Positions 1 through 12,756 of a DNA stretch of 64,000 bases are shown here, in pieces (positions within the stretch are counted from its first letter, which is position 1; each line of letters starts with the position of its first letter). Location: positions 3,914,954 through 3,978,953 of the forward strand of contig CM120644.1 of the NCBI GenBank assembly GCA_051362555.1. Direction: 5' to 3'. The notes beneath the pieces are model-generated. The model was not told where the DNA came from. It worked only from the letters and a program-made list of their open reading frames with translations, and searched no databases. The DNA comes from Lingula anatina. Its lineage: Eukaryota > Animalia > Brachiopoda. The position numbers and the translations under genes are program-made.

Positions 1-3000
1 GACCCAGCTTACACTCGGCCACGCAGCCAGACATGGTGTACACAGAGTGGTAGTCTAACGTGGAAGAGGCATTGCAGTCTCCATATGGAGGCTCCATTGT
101 GGACGACTGGAAGTACGCAACAGAAGTAGGTTTGTGAAGACTGAATGGCAGCTTAACCTCTACTCACTATGCATGTTTTTATCTTTAGAGGGTGTTAAAT
201 AAAACAGTTTCTGTCATGTGCAACACTATATATCATTTTATTTTTTTAGCAAGCAACTCTAGGTTTTTAGATTTTAAGGGTAGGCCTATCGTTAACGACA
301 TTTCTGTAGCTTTCGTCCGTTAGCTGCATTCCTTTCCTTTACTCCTTATTGCATAGGGGAGAGCGGGGTGGGTTGGAACGCGGGTAAGTTGGAACATTGG
401 CTTTATTTCTTAAATCACAAGACCGATCATGTGCTCCTTCAGCATAAAAATGTCACGTGGCATGGTCATTCATCCGGTAAACTTGTGGAAGTTTCGAAAA
501 TGCAGTAAAAGTTTTATGCGAAAAAAACTTATTTTCGCTACTCGAAGTAAGTTTTCATATTTTTGACATTCATCGTACTGTAAACTAAAGTATAAGGATT
601 ATATCACTGAAATTGTGCATAGCGTTTAGGACCACCTTGATGTTCAAAAGGCTGTTGTTTTTTTAATCACTTCCCACGTGTTAAAGAAATACAGTGTCAT
701 AAGTAGGCCATGACGTCATGGGGGCTGGTCGGAACATTTGACATGGGGCCAGTTGGAACACTGTCAGGGGTGTTCCAACCCACCCCGCACGGTGTTTTTC
801 ATTTTTTAAACCTCTCTAAATGTTTTAATTTCAACTTTGAAGAGAGTAGTAACGTAGTAACCCAGTACAACTCCAACTGGAGACGGAATCTAGCTGATAG
901 AACATCTCCAAGATGCCGGAATGTACATGCGTGTAGAAGATACAAGGGGGGGGGGGGGGGGGTCATTGCTTGTTAAATCAAGGAGTTATAACTCCTTGGT
1001 TAAATGCAGTTCCTAGCTGTTTGGTCTAAAGGGGTCTGCATGCCCACTGTTGCTTTTTGCGATAAATTGCTTTTAGATGTGGAAGGAAATGTTGATTATT
1101 ACTCTGCTTTTCGCGGCAAAATGAAAATATTCTAGCTGAGAGCCTATGTTATGGATAAACTATACAACACCAATTCTGCCGATGTAGTTTTTAAATGTTT
1201 TGTGTAATGGATTGGGGGTTGCTGTTAATGTTTAGTGAACGACGGTACAAAATCCGCCAGAAAAGACAAACATTCACCTCGTAACTTAGACAAAGATTCA
1301 GTTGAAATCTCAGTTGCCCTCACCGGAAGAGGTGCTACAGCACGCTAAAGCTCACTTAAGAAAAACCCCAAACAGCTCAAGTCCAGCAATAATTAGACCC
1401 TTTCCAAAGGCTCACCGTCGCATTCCAAAGATTAAAAGAAGAAAACGATGCAGTGCAGTACTAACTGACACACCTGAAAATGAGCTACTCGAAAAAGAAA
1501 AGGCCAAGCCCAACAAAATTAAAAAGGACAAGCGCAACAAAAATAAAAAACAGTTTAAGATTTCTAGTCGATAGAGAAAATCAAGAAAAGGGAAATTAAA
1601 GATGACCAGCGATTCTGAGTCAGAAGAAGAGTGGCCATGTCTGGTTTGTGGGGAGCCGTTCATTAACAGCCGACCAAAAGAGCAATGGGTTAAATGCATT
1701 GTTTGTCTAAAGTGGTCACATGAAGACTGTACAAAGGTTGACCAAGTGTAGGGCCTACATATGTCAGAACTGCGATTTTGATTCTGAGTTGTTGAGTTGA
1801 AAGAGATACAGTTTTCATTTGTAGGTCTAACATACTGTTGTTAATAGGTTGAGTTATATGAGTTCAATTTCTTTTCTCTTAAACTACACCACTTTTGTTA
1901 TCATTATGAAATGAAGTGTAACTGGATATGGTTTATACATCGAAAAGACTATTTGAAAGCAAATTGTAAAAGTAAAAAATGCTTACAAACTATGGAGATA
2001 CGAATACAAAGTAACACGTACTTGTTGGGAAATTAATATAGATAAACCTACTCTTAAAATGAACTAGAGGATCAGAGAGGCGATACCGCCTCCGAATATT
2101 GTACCACCAGCTGGAGCAAGCGCATTCGTATAGACCCCCACATACACAAAATAAGGGACATAGCCACCAGTTTTGTGCTTGACAAGCTGTAAAAATGCAA
2201 TCAACAAGAATTTTTAAACTATTGCAAAAAATATATATGGTACAATCAAATTTAAGTTCTTCGTAAGGTAGGTCAAGGGTCAATTTCAAGGTCACAGTAA
2301 ATTGCCAGTATATGACTTCCTATTCAAGTTCAAGAGTAACTATGGACCTATCTCTGTCAAGTTTGAAGTTAAAAGAGAAAGAAATTAGCAGAGTTCAGTT
2401 CATGATAAAAAGTAGGTCAAAGGTCAATTTCAAGGTCACATTTAGATTGCCAGTATATGACTTTCTATTCAAATTCAATAGTAACTATGGACCTATCTCA
2501 GCCAGTTTTGGAGATAAAAGGAAAGCAAAATTTGCAAAATTCAGTTCATGGTGTAAAGTAGGTCAAAGGTCAATTTTAAGGTCACATTTAGATTGCCAGT
2601 ATATGACTTCCTATTCAACTTCAATAGTAACTATGGACCTATCTCAGCCAGTTTTGGAGATAAAAGGAAAGCAAAATTTGCAAAGTTCAGTTCATGGTGA
2701 AAAGTAGGTCAAAGGTCAATTTCAAGGTCACATTTAGATTGCCAGTATATGACTTCCTATTCAAGTTCAATAGTAACTATGGACCTATCTCAGCCAGTTT
2801 TGGAGATAAAAGGGAAGCAAAATTTGCAAAATTCAGTTCATGGTGAAAAGTAGGTCAAAGGTCAATTTCAAGGTCACATTTAGATTGCCAGTATATGACT
2901 TCCTATTCAAGTTCAATAGTAACTATGGACCTATCTCTGCCAGTTTTGGAGATAAAAGGGAAGCAAAATTTGCAAAGTTCAGTTTATGGTGAAAAGTAGG

Positions 3001-6000
3001 TCAAAGGTCAATTTTGAGGTCACATTTAGATTGCCAGTATATGACTTCCTATTCAAGTTCAATAGTAACTACGGACCTATCTCAGCCAGTTTTGGAGATA
3101 AAAGGAAAGCAAAATTTGCAAAATTCAGTTCATGGTGTAAAGTAGGTCAAAGGTCAATTTTAAGGTCACATTTAGATTGCCAGTATATGACTTCCTATTC
3201 AAGTTCAATAGTAACTATGGACCTATCTCAGCCAGTTTTGGAGATAAAAGGAAAGCAAAATTTGCAAAATTCAGTTCATGGTGTAAAGTAGGTCAAAGGT
3301 CAATTTTAAGGTCACATTTAGATTGCCAGTATATGACTTCCTATTCAACTTCAATAGTAACTATGGACCTATCTCTGCCAGTTTTGGAGATAAAAGGGAA
3401 GCAAATTTTGCAAAGTTCAGTTTATGGTGAAAAGTAGGTCAAAGGTCAATTTTAAGGTCACATTTAGATTGCCAGTATATGACTTCCTATTCAAGTTCAA
3501 TAGTAACTATGGACCTATCTCTGCCAGTTTTGGAGATAAAAGGGAAGAAAAATTTGCAAAGTTCAGTTCATGGTGAAAAGTAGGTCAAAGGTCACTTTCA
3601 AGGTCATAGTAAGATTGCCAGTATATGACTTCCTATTCAAGTTCAATAGTAACTATGGACCTATCTCTGCCAGTTTTGGAGATAAAAGGGAAGCAAAATT
3701 TGCAAAGTTCAGTTCATGGTGAAAAGTAGGTCAAAGGTCACTTTCAAGGTCATAGTAAGATTGCCAGTATATGACTTCCTATTCAAGTTCAATAGTAACT
3801 ATGGACCTATCTCTGCCAGTTTTGGAGATATAAGGGACTAAATGTTATAATTTTGGAGTTACCATAATGTGCCTTAAATTTCGTACAGAAAAAATTAATT
3901 AAAATAAAAAAAATGTCATTTTGGTCAAAATTCTTGAAATAGGAGGTGCTCTGAAGTTTCAGAAGTTCAAATTTGATGAAATAATGTCATTTTTGAACAC
4001 AAGTTGTCTGCTTTGCCAAGCCTTATGTTTTATTTTTCCAGAGTTCAAAATTTATTATCCATTACCGTACTGCACATTTTGCTTTTACCACCAATATGTA
4101 CTTTTTGATACAGCGTAACTCGAAAACCGTATGGAATACAAAAAAACCGAGACCACCTCCAGTGTTGGGCTTTACATGCTCTACAAAATGCAAAAAAGAA
4201 TGGGTCTCTAGCATTAACGGTTCCCGAATTAGAGACAGTTTTCAGTTTCGGTATCTTATGGCCGTTACTCCCGTGAAAATGCACCGATTGACCCCAAATT
4301 CATGGAGATGAAAGATGACCTGAAGGGTAACACCTTCCAATAATATTATTGGTTAAGTCTGTGTGGTGTCTGAATAACAGGGCAAAAAAAATTTTTTTCG
4401 TAAAAAATTTCATTTTTTTGAAAATTTTGGCCCATTTGACCTTGAAGTAAAGGTCAAAGGTCAAATCCAAGGGTATATTTGAAATCTACACATATGACTT
4501 TTGGAAAGCCGTCTATAGAAATTTTTCCCATAACTCCTTCTGTAGGGTAGATAATTAGCATTTAATTTTGCCATTTTTAGACAAGGGTGCATTGCAATGA
4601 GTGCCACACCCAGACCCCAATACCGACAAAGCCCAAATTTTACGTGGAACGAGTTGAGATTATAGGTGACCTAAATCCATGAGATGGGTACGGGGGCCCT
4701 TACCGTCTAGGAGGAGAAGCGGTAACGGTAGCCGTCCGGCGGAGCCGGCGGAGCCAACGGAGCCCGCGGAGCCGGCGGAACGATCCGGACGGGACCGAAA
4801 CCATGTGTACCGCCAGCGCTAACGCTGGTGGTACAATTATACTTTGAATTTATATGCAAGCGTTCCAACTCGCCCTCTTGTTCCAACTCACCCCACTGCC
4901 TGTTCCAACTGACCCCGCGGGTGGGGTGAGATGGAACGTTTTAGGAGCCAACTTTGAGCATTTATTACTCTAAAATAAAAAGACCTACTTGATGTTTTAT
5001 TTCATAGATAAGTGCGGCATATAATTTTCCCCTATCAGATTTTTTATTTTTTGTCCCCAAAGCTTTGACTGCTGAGATATCGCAAAAAAGGTGAAAACTG
5101 TTCCAACCAACCCCGCTCTCCCCTAGTCTTTAACCTATTTTTAAATTGTACTTTTAAAAGCTTTTAACACAGCGTCCCTTTTACAAGGTTACTGTATATT
5201 GTATATCTAATTTATTTGTCTAAAATTCTTATCATTTTTTTTTAATTCAATCCAAGTATGTGGTCTCTGGTGTACAATATTGTATGTTGTCTGCGTATTT
5301 CTGCACCGCATTCAATTAAAAAAGAACTTATCATTTACGAAATTGGTTCACATATGATAAGTCTGAAAAGATAGCTAAGCTTGCGGTTTATTCACGCGAC
5401 CTTGGCAATTTGGGAGTCAGTGCGAAAAAAAAAAGAAACAGCCTTTTGAAGGTTATCAACATACAATTTAGATAACATATACACGCTTTTTTGAACATTT
5501 TTCTTTGCCCACATGAGTGTAGGGGAGACGAGGGCTAGTTGGAATTAGGATAACAGGCGAATCAATTTATACAGAAGTACCTAAGCCGTTGCGATGTACA
5601 AAATTTCATCACAAAGCAAAACCAAAGTAAAACCACTGAAGCAGTTAAAACATTTTTTTACCTAGTTGAATTTCAGCAAAGCGCACTTAATATCTAAACC
5701 TACTTTGTAATATCAAAACATGGTTTAACTGGAACAGCTTTCGCAATTTCTATTCGTGAACATCAGTTGAAACGGAATACTGTGTAATAAGACTGAAGAG
5801 GCTACCCACATCTTTCCTGATAAGGCCGGCATAGGCGTGGAATCCCGGGGGTACGGCGCGTCCATACGCCTCCACTGATGGCGGTTCAAACTGGCTGTGA
5901 ACTTGGAAGAATATCCCGGCATCCATGCGGTCGCCACGGGACAACTTGTTAGAGTAGGAATCCTGGATGAGAAGAGACAAAAGGTAACACAATGTTAATT

Positions 6001-9000
6001 AAATGTACGGATTTCAGTTATATTTATAATAGACAGTCATAAGGTCAGTCCTTTAATATGCTTCATCTGTTTGGCACTTTGATGTAACTAACGAATTGTC
6101 TGATTTAATAAAGCAATCTCAGGAAAGAGCGCTTTAGATAATTTATCTGGAACTTGAAAACCGTTTGTAAACAAAGTGAACTTGAATTACTGAGTGAAAG
6201 ACTGTTCAATACATGCAAAAATGTTCACATAACTGATGACTCTGATCACAGACTATACTACCTTCTAGAATCTATAGACAAACTAGCAAACATTCACCAT
6301 GGAAAACTGAGTCTTTTAAAAGACCTTAAACCAATACCAAATGGGTGATTTTACTTTTTTTTTCTTAAAAATTGTTCTTATTTGTATAATGGAACATTAT
6401 CTTGTTACTTAATATCCATCGATATCCTTATAGTTAATTATTAGTAATTTAATCTGATATGGCCACGATGCAAATTATGCCATTTGGCAATCCGTGCAGG
6501 GTTGGGAAATATTAGATTAGCTGTATATTTATTTCTTACAGCTGTATGGGTGTGAAACCATGAACCCGTTTCATTGAACGCCATCGAAAAAACTGCAGAG
6601 TTTAGCTTTCGCTAGCATAAGATTCAGATTCTTTCTTCGCCTTCAAATTTCCAAATACATATTTATTATGCCCCACAGATCCTTTGATTCTTGGTACTTT
6701 TAACCAAAATCAGTACTATGAAGTAGTAAACTTTCCCCTTTTCACGAGAGATACCGGTTGGTAAGTGCCCATGTTATATGAAGGGATGCATTGTACAATT
6801 GACGAGAATTCGAAGAAACCCGTTACATGCACACTGACTGGCATTAATTTCACTTTCACTTTCATGAAGTCGTTTTATTGCTATCTAGACATCGGGGCAT
6901 GCTTAAAGTACTAATCGAATTGCCAATATGCTAACCCTGGAATGTCTTTACATGCTAACTTTTTTTTTACATAAATGCCTTTCTTGTGGCAAGCGCAGCG
7001 ATATTAATTTGGCTGAGAGTATATTTCAAGATGGCTGCCAGTTCGTTAGCAAACAGACAAACCCGGTTTTAAAAGCATATCTGCGGAAAATAGCGGCAGT
7101 GGCATTGACTAAAACTACACTCTTGTCTAAACATTCAACGCCCATATTTTGAAAAGTCTCCCTTTGCACACCCTCTACCATGGCCACAGATTAATTTTTC
7201 ATTAGATATTCGCGGATATGTCTCTGGTTAATTAATCCCACGATTCTCTTCTGTGCTGAGTTTTCCAGAAACACCCGTGAATATATAGTGAATAATCAAT
7301 CTGTGACCCTGGTAGAGGGTACCCGCTGTAACTGCTGCCTAGAGCTCGTCCTACCTGAAGTAGCCCAAACACGCTAATGATGGAACTGAGGTTAATACCG
7401 ACTAAATAAATTAATGGTAGTCTATTCAGCTATTGCACACATAAAATATACATGAGAAATTGATTTCCGTCCCGAGTTCAAAAGATGAAAGATTGTCACA
7501 GCTGGGTCCAAGGCACTGGAAAATATTCATAATCTAGAGGTTGAGGTTTAAAGGCCTGAAAGGCAAAATGATGAATAAATAAATAAATAAATTTTAAAAA
7601 ACACAAGCTTTGTCCCTTACCTGTTCGATGTCTATATGCAAGGTGAGACCGCGGCCGGCGCCAGCCTGGTCCTGATATCTGTGCAGTGCACCGTTACCGT
7701 TGAAGGTGTAACAGTTGCCAAACTGGGTGAACACGTGGGTGAAATCCTTAATAGAGAAAGAAAAAAAAAACAAGTAAAAAATGAGCTGATTTTCAAGTGT
7801 TCTCTTAGTATAAGAGTCCCCTTAGGTATTTGTTTTCGTTTCCGTGAAGGCCACCTTTTTTCCCCGATGATCCGTAAAGCACCCCTTTCCAATGATTCGT
7901 GAATGCGGCATTTTATTCCTCGTCCTTTGTGAGCTGTGGTCATTATACTAAGTGATTCGATAAAGATATATTACTGCGATTTGTCATTTTATTTCCCTTG
8001 TACCGTGAAAACTTCCTCCTCCCAAAGGGACCCATGTGTAATGCACGGATCGCGGATCCAGAATATTTTCTGACCGTCTTCCAAATTTTCTTTGTTGATC
8101 CATCCTCTATTTTTGACCGTCTTCTGACAGAAAAAATTAGATACCCGTTAATGTAAACTTGAAAATCTGACCGTCTTCCAGAAGACCCAGAAGACGGCCT
8201 CAATCCGCTCATTGACCGTCAATTATAGAAAATGTTGTCATTTAAGTCACGTCAATGACGCCCACATTGTGCGTTAAATTTGTGAGTATTATTATTATCA
8301 TTATTATTATTACTATTATTTGACATGATGCCACATGCCTCACGTAGATCATATAGTTAGCGAGCGTCATCAAATAAACCGTTAAACTGGTCATTACGTG
8401 TCCTTTAGTGAAGGCCATCCAAAAGCGCGGGAGTAGGCCCTACAAAACGATGTGATCCAACGAGCGATCCCAAGTACTGTCAAAATGTCACAGAGATCTT
8501 TGTGAACATAAAAAAGCAGAGTCACTTTTATTTAAACAACTGTTTCATTTCGACGAAAACCGCGTGCGAATTAAATAAAGACCCAATCGTAAATACGAGT
8601 AAAGTGACCCTTGATGCAAATGTCAGTGGCTGAGTAGCTGCGTATATCGCACAATGTACCAGGTATGTGTGTGCTAAGTCTGCTCCCAGTTCTAAAATTT
8701 TATTTCTGTCGTAAGAAGTGAAATTCGTCAGTCTCTAATATGCAGAAAATGAATCATGACATAAATTAGAAACAAGTGAATCAAAACACCCCGAATGACA
8801 ACGTTTGTGAGTTTGCAGCAACGTTGCTCAACACTTTTTTCACGTCAAAAATAAGATGAAAAGGTATACACTGCCCCTTGTGAATATGGTAACTAATTCT
8901 ACTGACCTTTGACGCATTACACGGAAATCCTCTGAAGGAACACATCAAGTTTTCATCATTTAAAGTCCATCCTTTATCTTTTGTAAACTTCTCCAGGTCG

Positions 9001-10177
9001 AAACCTTCAGGGTACCACTGGTTTAGGTCGTGTATCAAGGCATTCAGGTCCTGTTCCAGGGTTCTGGCGCCGTCTGCATATATCTGATCACTGTACGGGT
9101 AACTGGCGCCACTATAGTCTTCGTCGCCGTATTCTGCATAGTCATATTCATAGCCATAGTCATCTCCGTATTCAAGACTGAATAGAATGTTTGCTGTAGA
9201 ATTCAGGAATTTTTCGTCGTTTTCGGTTAGCAGCTCTTTTTTGTACCTGTGGCAAAATAGTATAAGGCTTAATTTGTGTGGAACGAGGCCGTTGCTTAGT
9301 TGTTTCAGACAAAGTTCGTCTAAATGTCACAGTCAGTGTTTATATTGTACAAGGTCGCATGCGCGCCTGTGATATTCACCACGACGCCATCTTTACCCAC
9401 CCAGTTTACGCACCACTGGTTCGTTGGCTGAATTACAATGGAGCTCATATCTAGCCCATTGCACCTTTCGGCTGAAACGCATTGACTCTCTTTTTTAATA
9501 TAATTGAGAGGTTTGCGGCCCCCCTATATTCAGTCATATATCTCCTTATGTCAATTTTGTTTGAATGTTCCATATATCACTATTGGAGAAATGAATATTT
9601 TAAAACTATAGAAATTGAGATATAAAATATAATTATTTCGGATTTCTTTCAAGCTCTTATATTCCCATTTCCCTCGAAGACGGTTTAAAAACTGGTAGAT
9701 TGTAATTGTCTCATTAGTTTTGGGTGAGATTTCCGTTTAAATTGCATTGCTGATTAAGGGGGGATTCTTTACATCAAAAGAAAAATCGATACAAATGCTT
9801 TTAAAAGGTCTAGCGAGATCTAGATGATTTTAATCTTCAAATATTATCTGATGGGTTACGTTATTTAAATGTACTCACTTGTTCGCATTACAAATAGTAA
9901 CCGCTGGAAATTGCAGCTTTTTCGGGAAAATCGTGCTCATCTTGGTGGTCGTGTCGTGTCTGAGAAAAGACAAAAAGCGGTCTCGAATATTGATGCTGGC
10001 TATAGAAAACCCAGCAAGGATTAACAACACCCAGAAAATCTTGAAAATCAGGTAACGGCTGCTGACCACCCGTGCGAATCCGTGAGCGGATGTGGACGAG
10101 GCGAAGTGGCCGAACGTTGCATCATCGTCCTCGCGGTCGTCGCTTTCTGACGCCTTTGGCGCACAGCAGCAACTCAT
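1..10177 (-). CDS. DEG/ENaC (ASIC-like) amiloride-sensitive sodium channel subunit; 5 coding exons, continues past the left edge
   Basis: Exons 10177-9879 (TSAHG pre-TM1 HG motif, TM1, FPAVTICN), 9246-8907 (..KGWTLNDENLMCSFRGFPC), 7746-7621 (FTQFGNCYTFN), 5962-5810 (AGIFFQVHSQFEPP..AVPPGFHAY) and 106-1 (EPPYGDC..YTMSGCVAEC). All introns are GT-AG with matching phases. Confidence 0.93.
1302..1790 (+). pseudogene. C-terminal remnant of a pogo-like transposase with a PHD-type zinc finger; no DDE domain seen
   Basis: SPAIIRPFPKA..RRKRCSAVLTDTP, a Lys-rich stretch, then WPCLVCGEP..WVKCIVCLKWSHEDC..YICQNCD, broken by stops and a frameshift. Confidence 0.7.
2062..4838. mobile_element. Helentron/DINE-1-like non-autonomous element nested in the pogo element
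   Basis: AACTAG start with small hairpin GAGGCG-ATAC-CGCCTC; 14-bp subterminal inverted repeat ATTGTACCACCAGC (2098-2111 / 4824-4837); terminal hairpin 4807-4834; GGAGCCGGC-type microsatellite 4730-4795; central tandem array. Confidence 0.65.
2265..3835. repeat. 146-bp tandem repeat, ~10.7 copies
   Basis: AGTAGGTCAAAGGTCA recurs at 2411, 2557 and onward every 146 bp; copies are near-identical. Confidence 0.95.
8060..8220. repeat. Interspersed repeat; diverged copy at ~60880-61025
   Basis: Shared text such as TGTTGATCCATCCTC..GAAGACCCAGAAGA.GG.CTCAATCC at both sites. Confidence 0.65.
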
Positions 10178-12756
10178 GGTTTATGATCTGAAATTTAAGA
10201 GAATTGTTTGTATGGTGATTGTTGCTTAGATTGAGATCCGGAAGGATGGAATGTTTGTGAAAACGAGAACGTTTTGCGGAGATCATGGAGAACAGATATA
10301 AGTACAGGTAAGTACTTGAGGAAAGCCTACAACTATGCCAGTACGGGGAATATAAAATATAGTTCTCGCCTATTAATGGACCAGCAAACACACATGCACG
10401 GATAGCAAACAAGTCACAATTTCAATAAAAAGATATGCCGATGAAAAAACCAATAAGAAGAAAAACGTAAGAAAAATGTTTTTAACATTACAGAAAAAAA
10501 GCTGACAAGAGTATTCACCGAATAATGTGGCTTTGAAAAAATATTAAGAACATGCTAAAATACGTTAACCGAAGAAATAAAAAACGAAGAAGATTAAAAT
10601 AAAAACAGGTGCTCACTTACTAACTGTAACAGTTTCAATGACGGTCCTTCAAGGCACAGTGTCGCTGCAAGTCCTCTCCCGCAAGATCTGTCAAAGTAAC
10701 GAACTCGCTGGATATGTCACTCGGCCAGTTACGTGAGCAGGAACAATAGCGCGCCCCTTTGCTGACTGATGGTACTATACGACAGAATATGAAATATTCA
10801 TGGACGAACGATTCAACCGCGGATGACTCACGGTGCCAATACTGTGAATTTAAAATGTTACGTAGCTTTTAGACATCAATTAAGGTAATTAACTAATTGT
10901 TATCTCACACCTGATTGGACCTTTCGGAAGTGGAATATGTGTTGTTTTCCCAGGATTGAGGTCTTTGATTGTTCTGTATGATAGCCTGGGCTCGAGTAGC
11001 ACTGCGGTTATATAATATTTTTTCCGCATCACTTCAGTCATATTTAACGCGGCAGTTGCGCTATTCTTTGCGCTACTGGTGACATCGATTCCCAGAATCA
11101 AACACCCATAAGTGACATTTAAAGGCGAACAATCAATTATTTAAGAATACCGAATGTTATTGACGCGATCGTTATAAATATTGAGTGAGTGGACTGTGAT
11201 GTATGTATAATTTTGAGAGAGAGAGAGAGAGAGAGAGATAGATACTATCAAAATAAATCAAGAACAACCTCAGCAACCAATATTTCCGACGCTGTGCCAT
11301 GAAGTATCATCTGTATCAAATGTCAAAAAAAAAAAAAAAATGCCATAGCAATGTACTGTACAAGTTCGACAAATCTTGATTTGCAAATACATATGGATGA
11401 AGAGATTTCAGAAATTCAACCAAAATCAGTGGAGTCAAAAACTCTTGTTTTCATCAATATTATTCTTATTAAGGGAACAAAGGACGCAAAGCAGTAGGAC
11501 TTGTTTCAATCAGTGTATGTCCATTTTTGAGGCGTAAAACCACACACTGATATTAGTCTACCCTCTACCGGGGCCACATATTGATTTTTCACTAGATAAA
11601 CTATTCACAGATATTTGTCTGGTTTATTACATACACTTTCTCGTTTGAGATTTTTTGCACACACTTGAGCTCATCGCCGGGTGACCTATGGTTAAGAGTA
11701 ATATCATACAAAAAGCTTGGGAAGGACAAAAGAAAAAAAAATACATTCTATGGAAAATTAAAAACTAACTTCTAGGAATCCAAAATGGAAATGTTTATTC
11801 ATCCAAGTTAATTTCACATGGTATACTTATAATACAGTTAAAACTTTTCAGAAACTTTAAAAGGTGCTTACTGACACGTTTTTTTTACCATGTTTTTCTC
11901 GATTTTCTTTTGTCCCTAAACAGGCATTATGATGCAATTGTTTAATAAGAGAATTTGTCCTAGAGGACAACTGCAAATAAATTTTGGATTGAAAAAGACC
12001 AAATGTTGGCATTCAAATTAAAACAATAGCTCGGGTAATAAATGTAGGTGCGTTGATGAAGCTGATGTGAAACTCTGACAAAACATTTGCTTTACAATAT
12101 TTATTCCAAAACCATAATAAAGGCAACGTTTCGCAGCAGACAGACTCAGAGGCAGCTTTAGCAAATTTATATTTACATCAAACAGGATTCGTTTACCTCC
12201 AAAATAAAAAATAAATAAATATCGTTGATGAGAAGTTTGCACATACTTTTTTTCATTTTCTACTTAAAATATTTTCAACTTAAAGTTAATTGATCTATTA
12301 CCGTGCCTGTGTACATATATATATCTAGCCCACTGATGTGACACATGCTGATTGGTGGCAATAATGATCGGTTAGTTCAGGCCGGTTTGCCAGGAATGGT
12401 AGTTCTAGGAATGGAAGTCCGGGGTCCCATGTGCTTAGTACAGGTTAGGTTTAGTCGGAGTATTGGGGTTAGTATATGTATATGGGAGGCATGTCACCTG
12501 TACAAAGTAATGGGGAATGGGCTACGGTTCCTACCATTCCTGTCACTCCTGTTGTTAAGAATTTACAACTGAAGCTGCAACTGAAATGCTACAAACATAA
12601 AGAACCTAACTTTGGGAAAACCAGTCCCTAGTTTTTCAACCAATGTTTTGACTTTTGAACCTGCAACTTCAATATTATTTCATCTGAGATCTAAGTGTTA
12701 TTGATAACTATATATTTTCATAATTTCCAAAGTCAACATAAAAGAAAAAATAATAA

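Larger units (their letters stand above)
356..5123 (+). mobile_element. Non-autonomous pogo/Tc1-mariner-type DNA transposon in intron 4 of the channel gene
   Basis: 24-bp TIRs GGGGAGAGCGGGGT(G/T)GGTTGGAAC (356-379 and 5100-5123, 1 mismatch) flanked by TA (354-355, 5124-5125). GTTGGAAC/GTTCCAAC motifs are repeated subterminally at both ends. Confidence 0.85.

Noticed and set aside
2312-3437. ORFs in the 146-bp repeat, or a CRISPR array
   Set aside because: Whole monomers repeat with no unique spacers, the context is eukaryotic, and the ORFs are by-products of the satellite.
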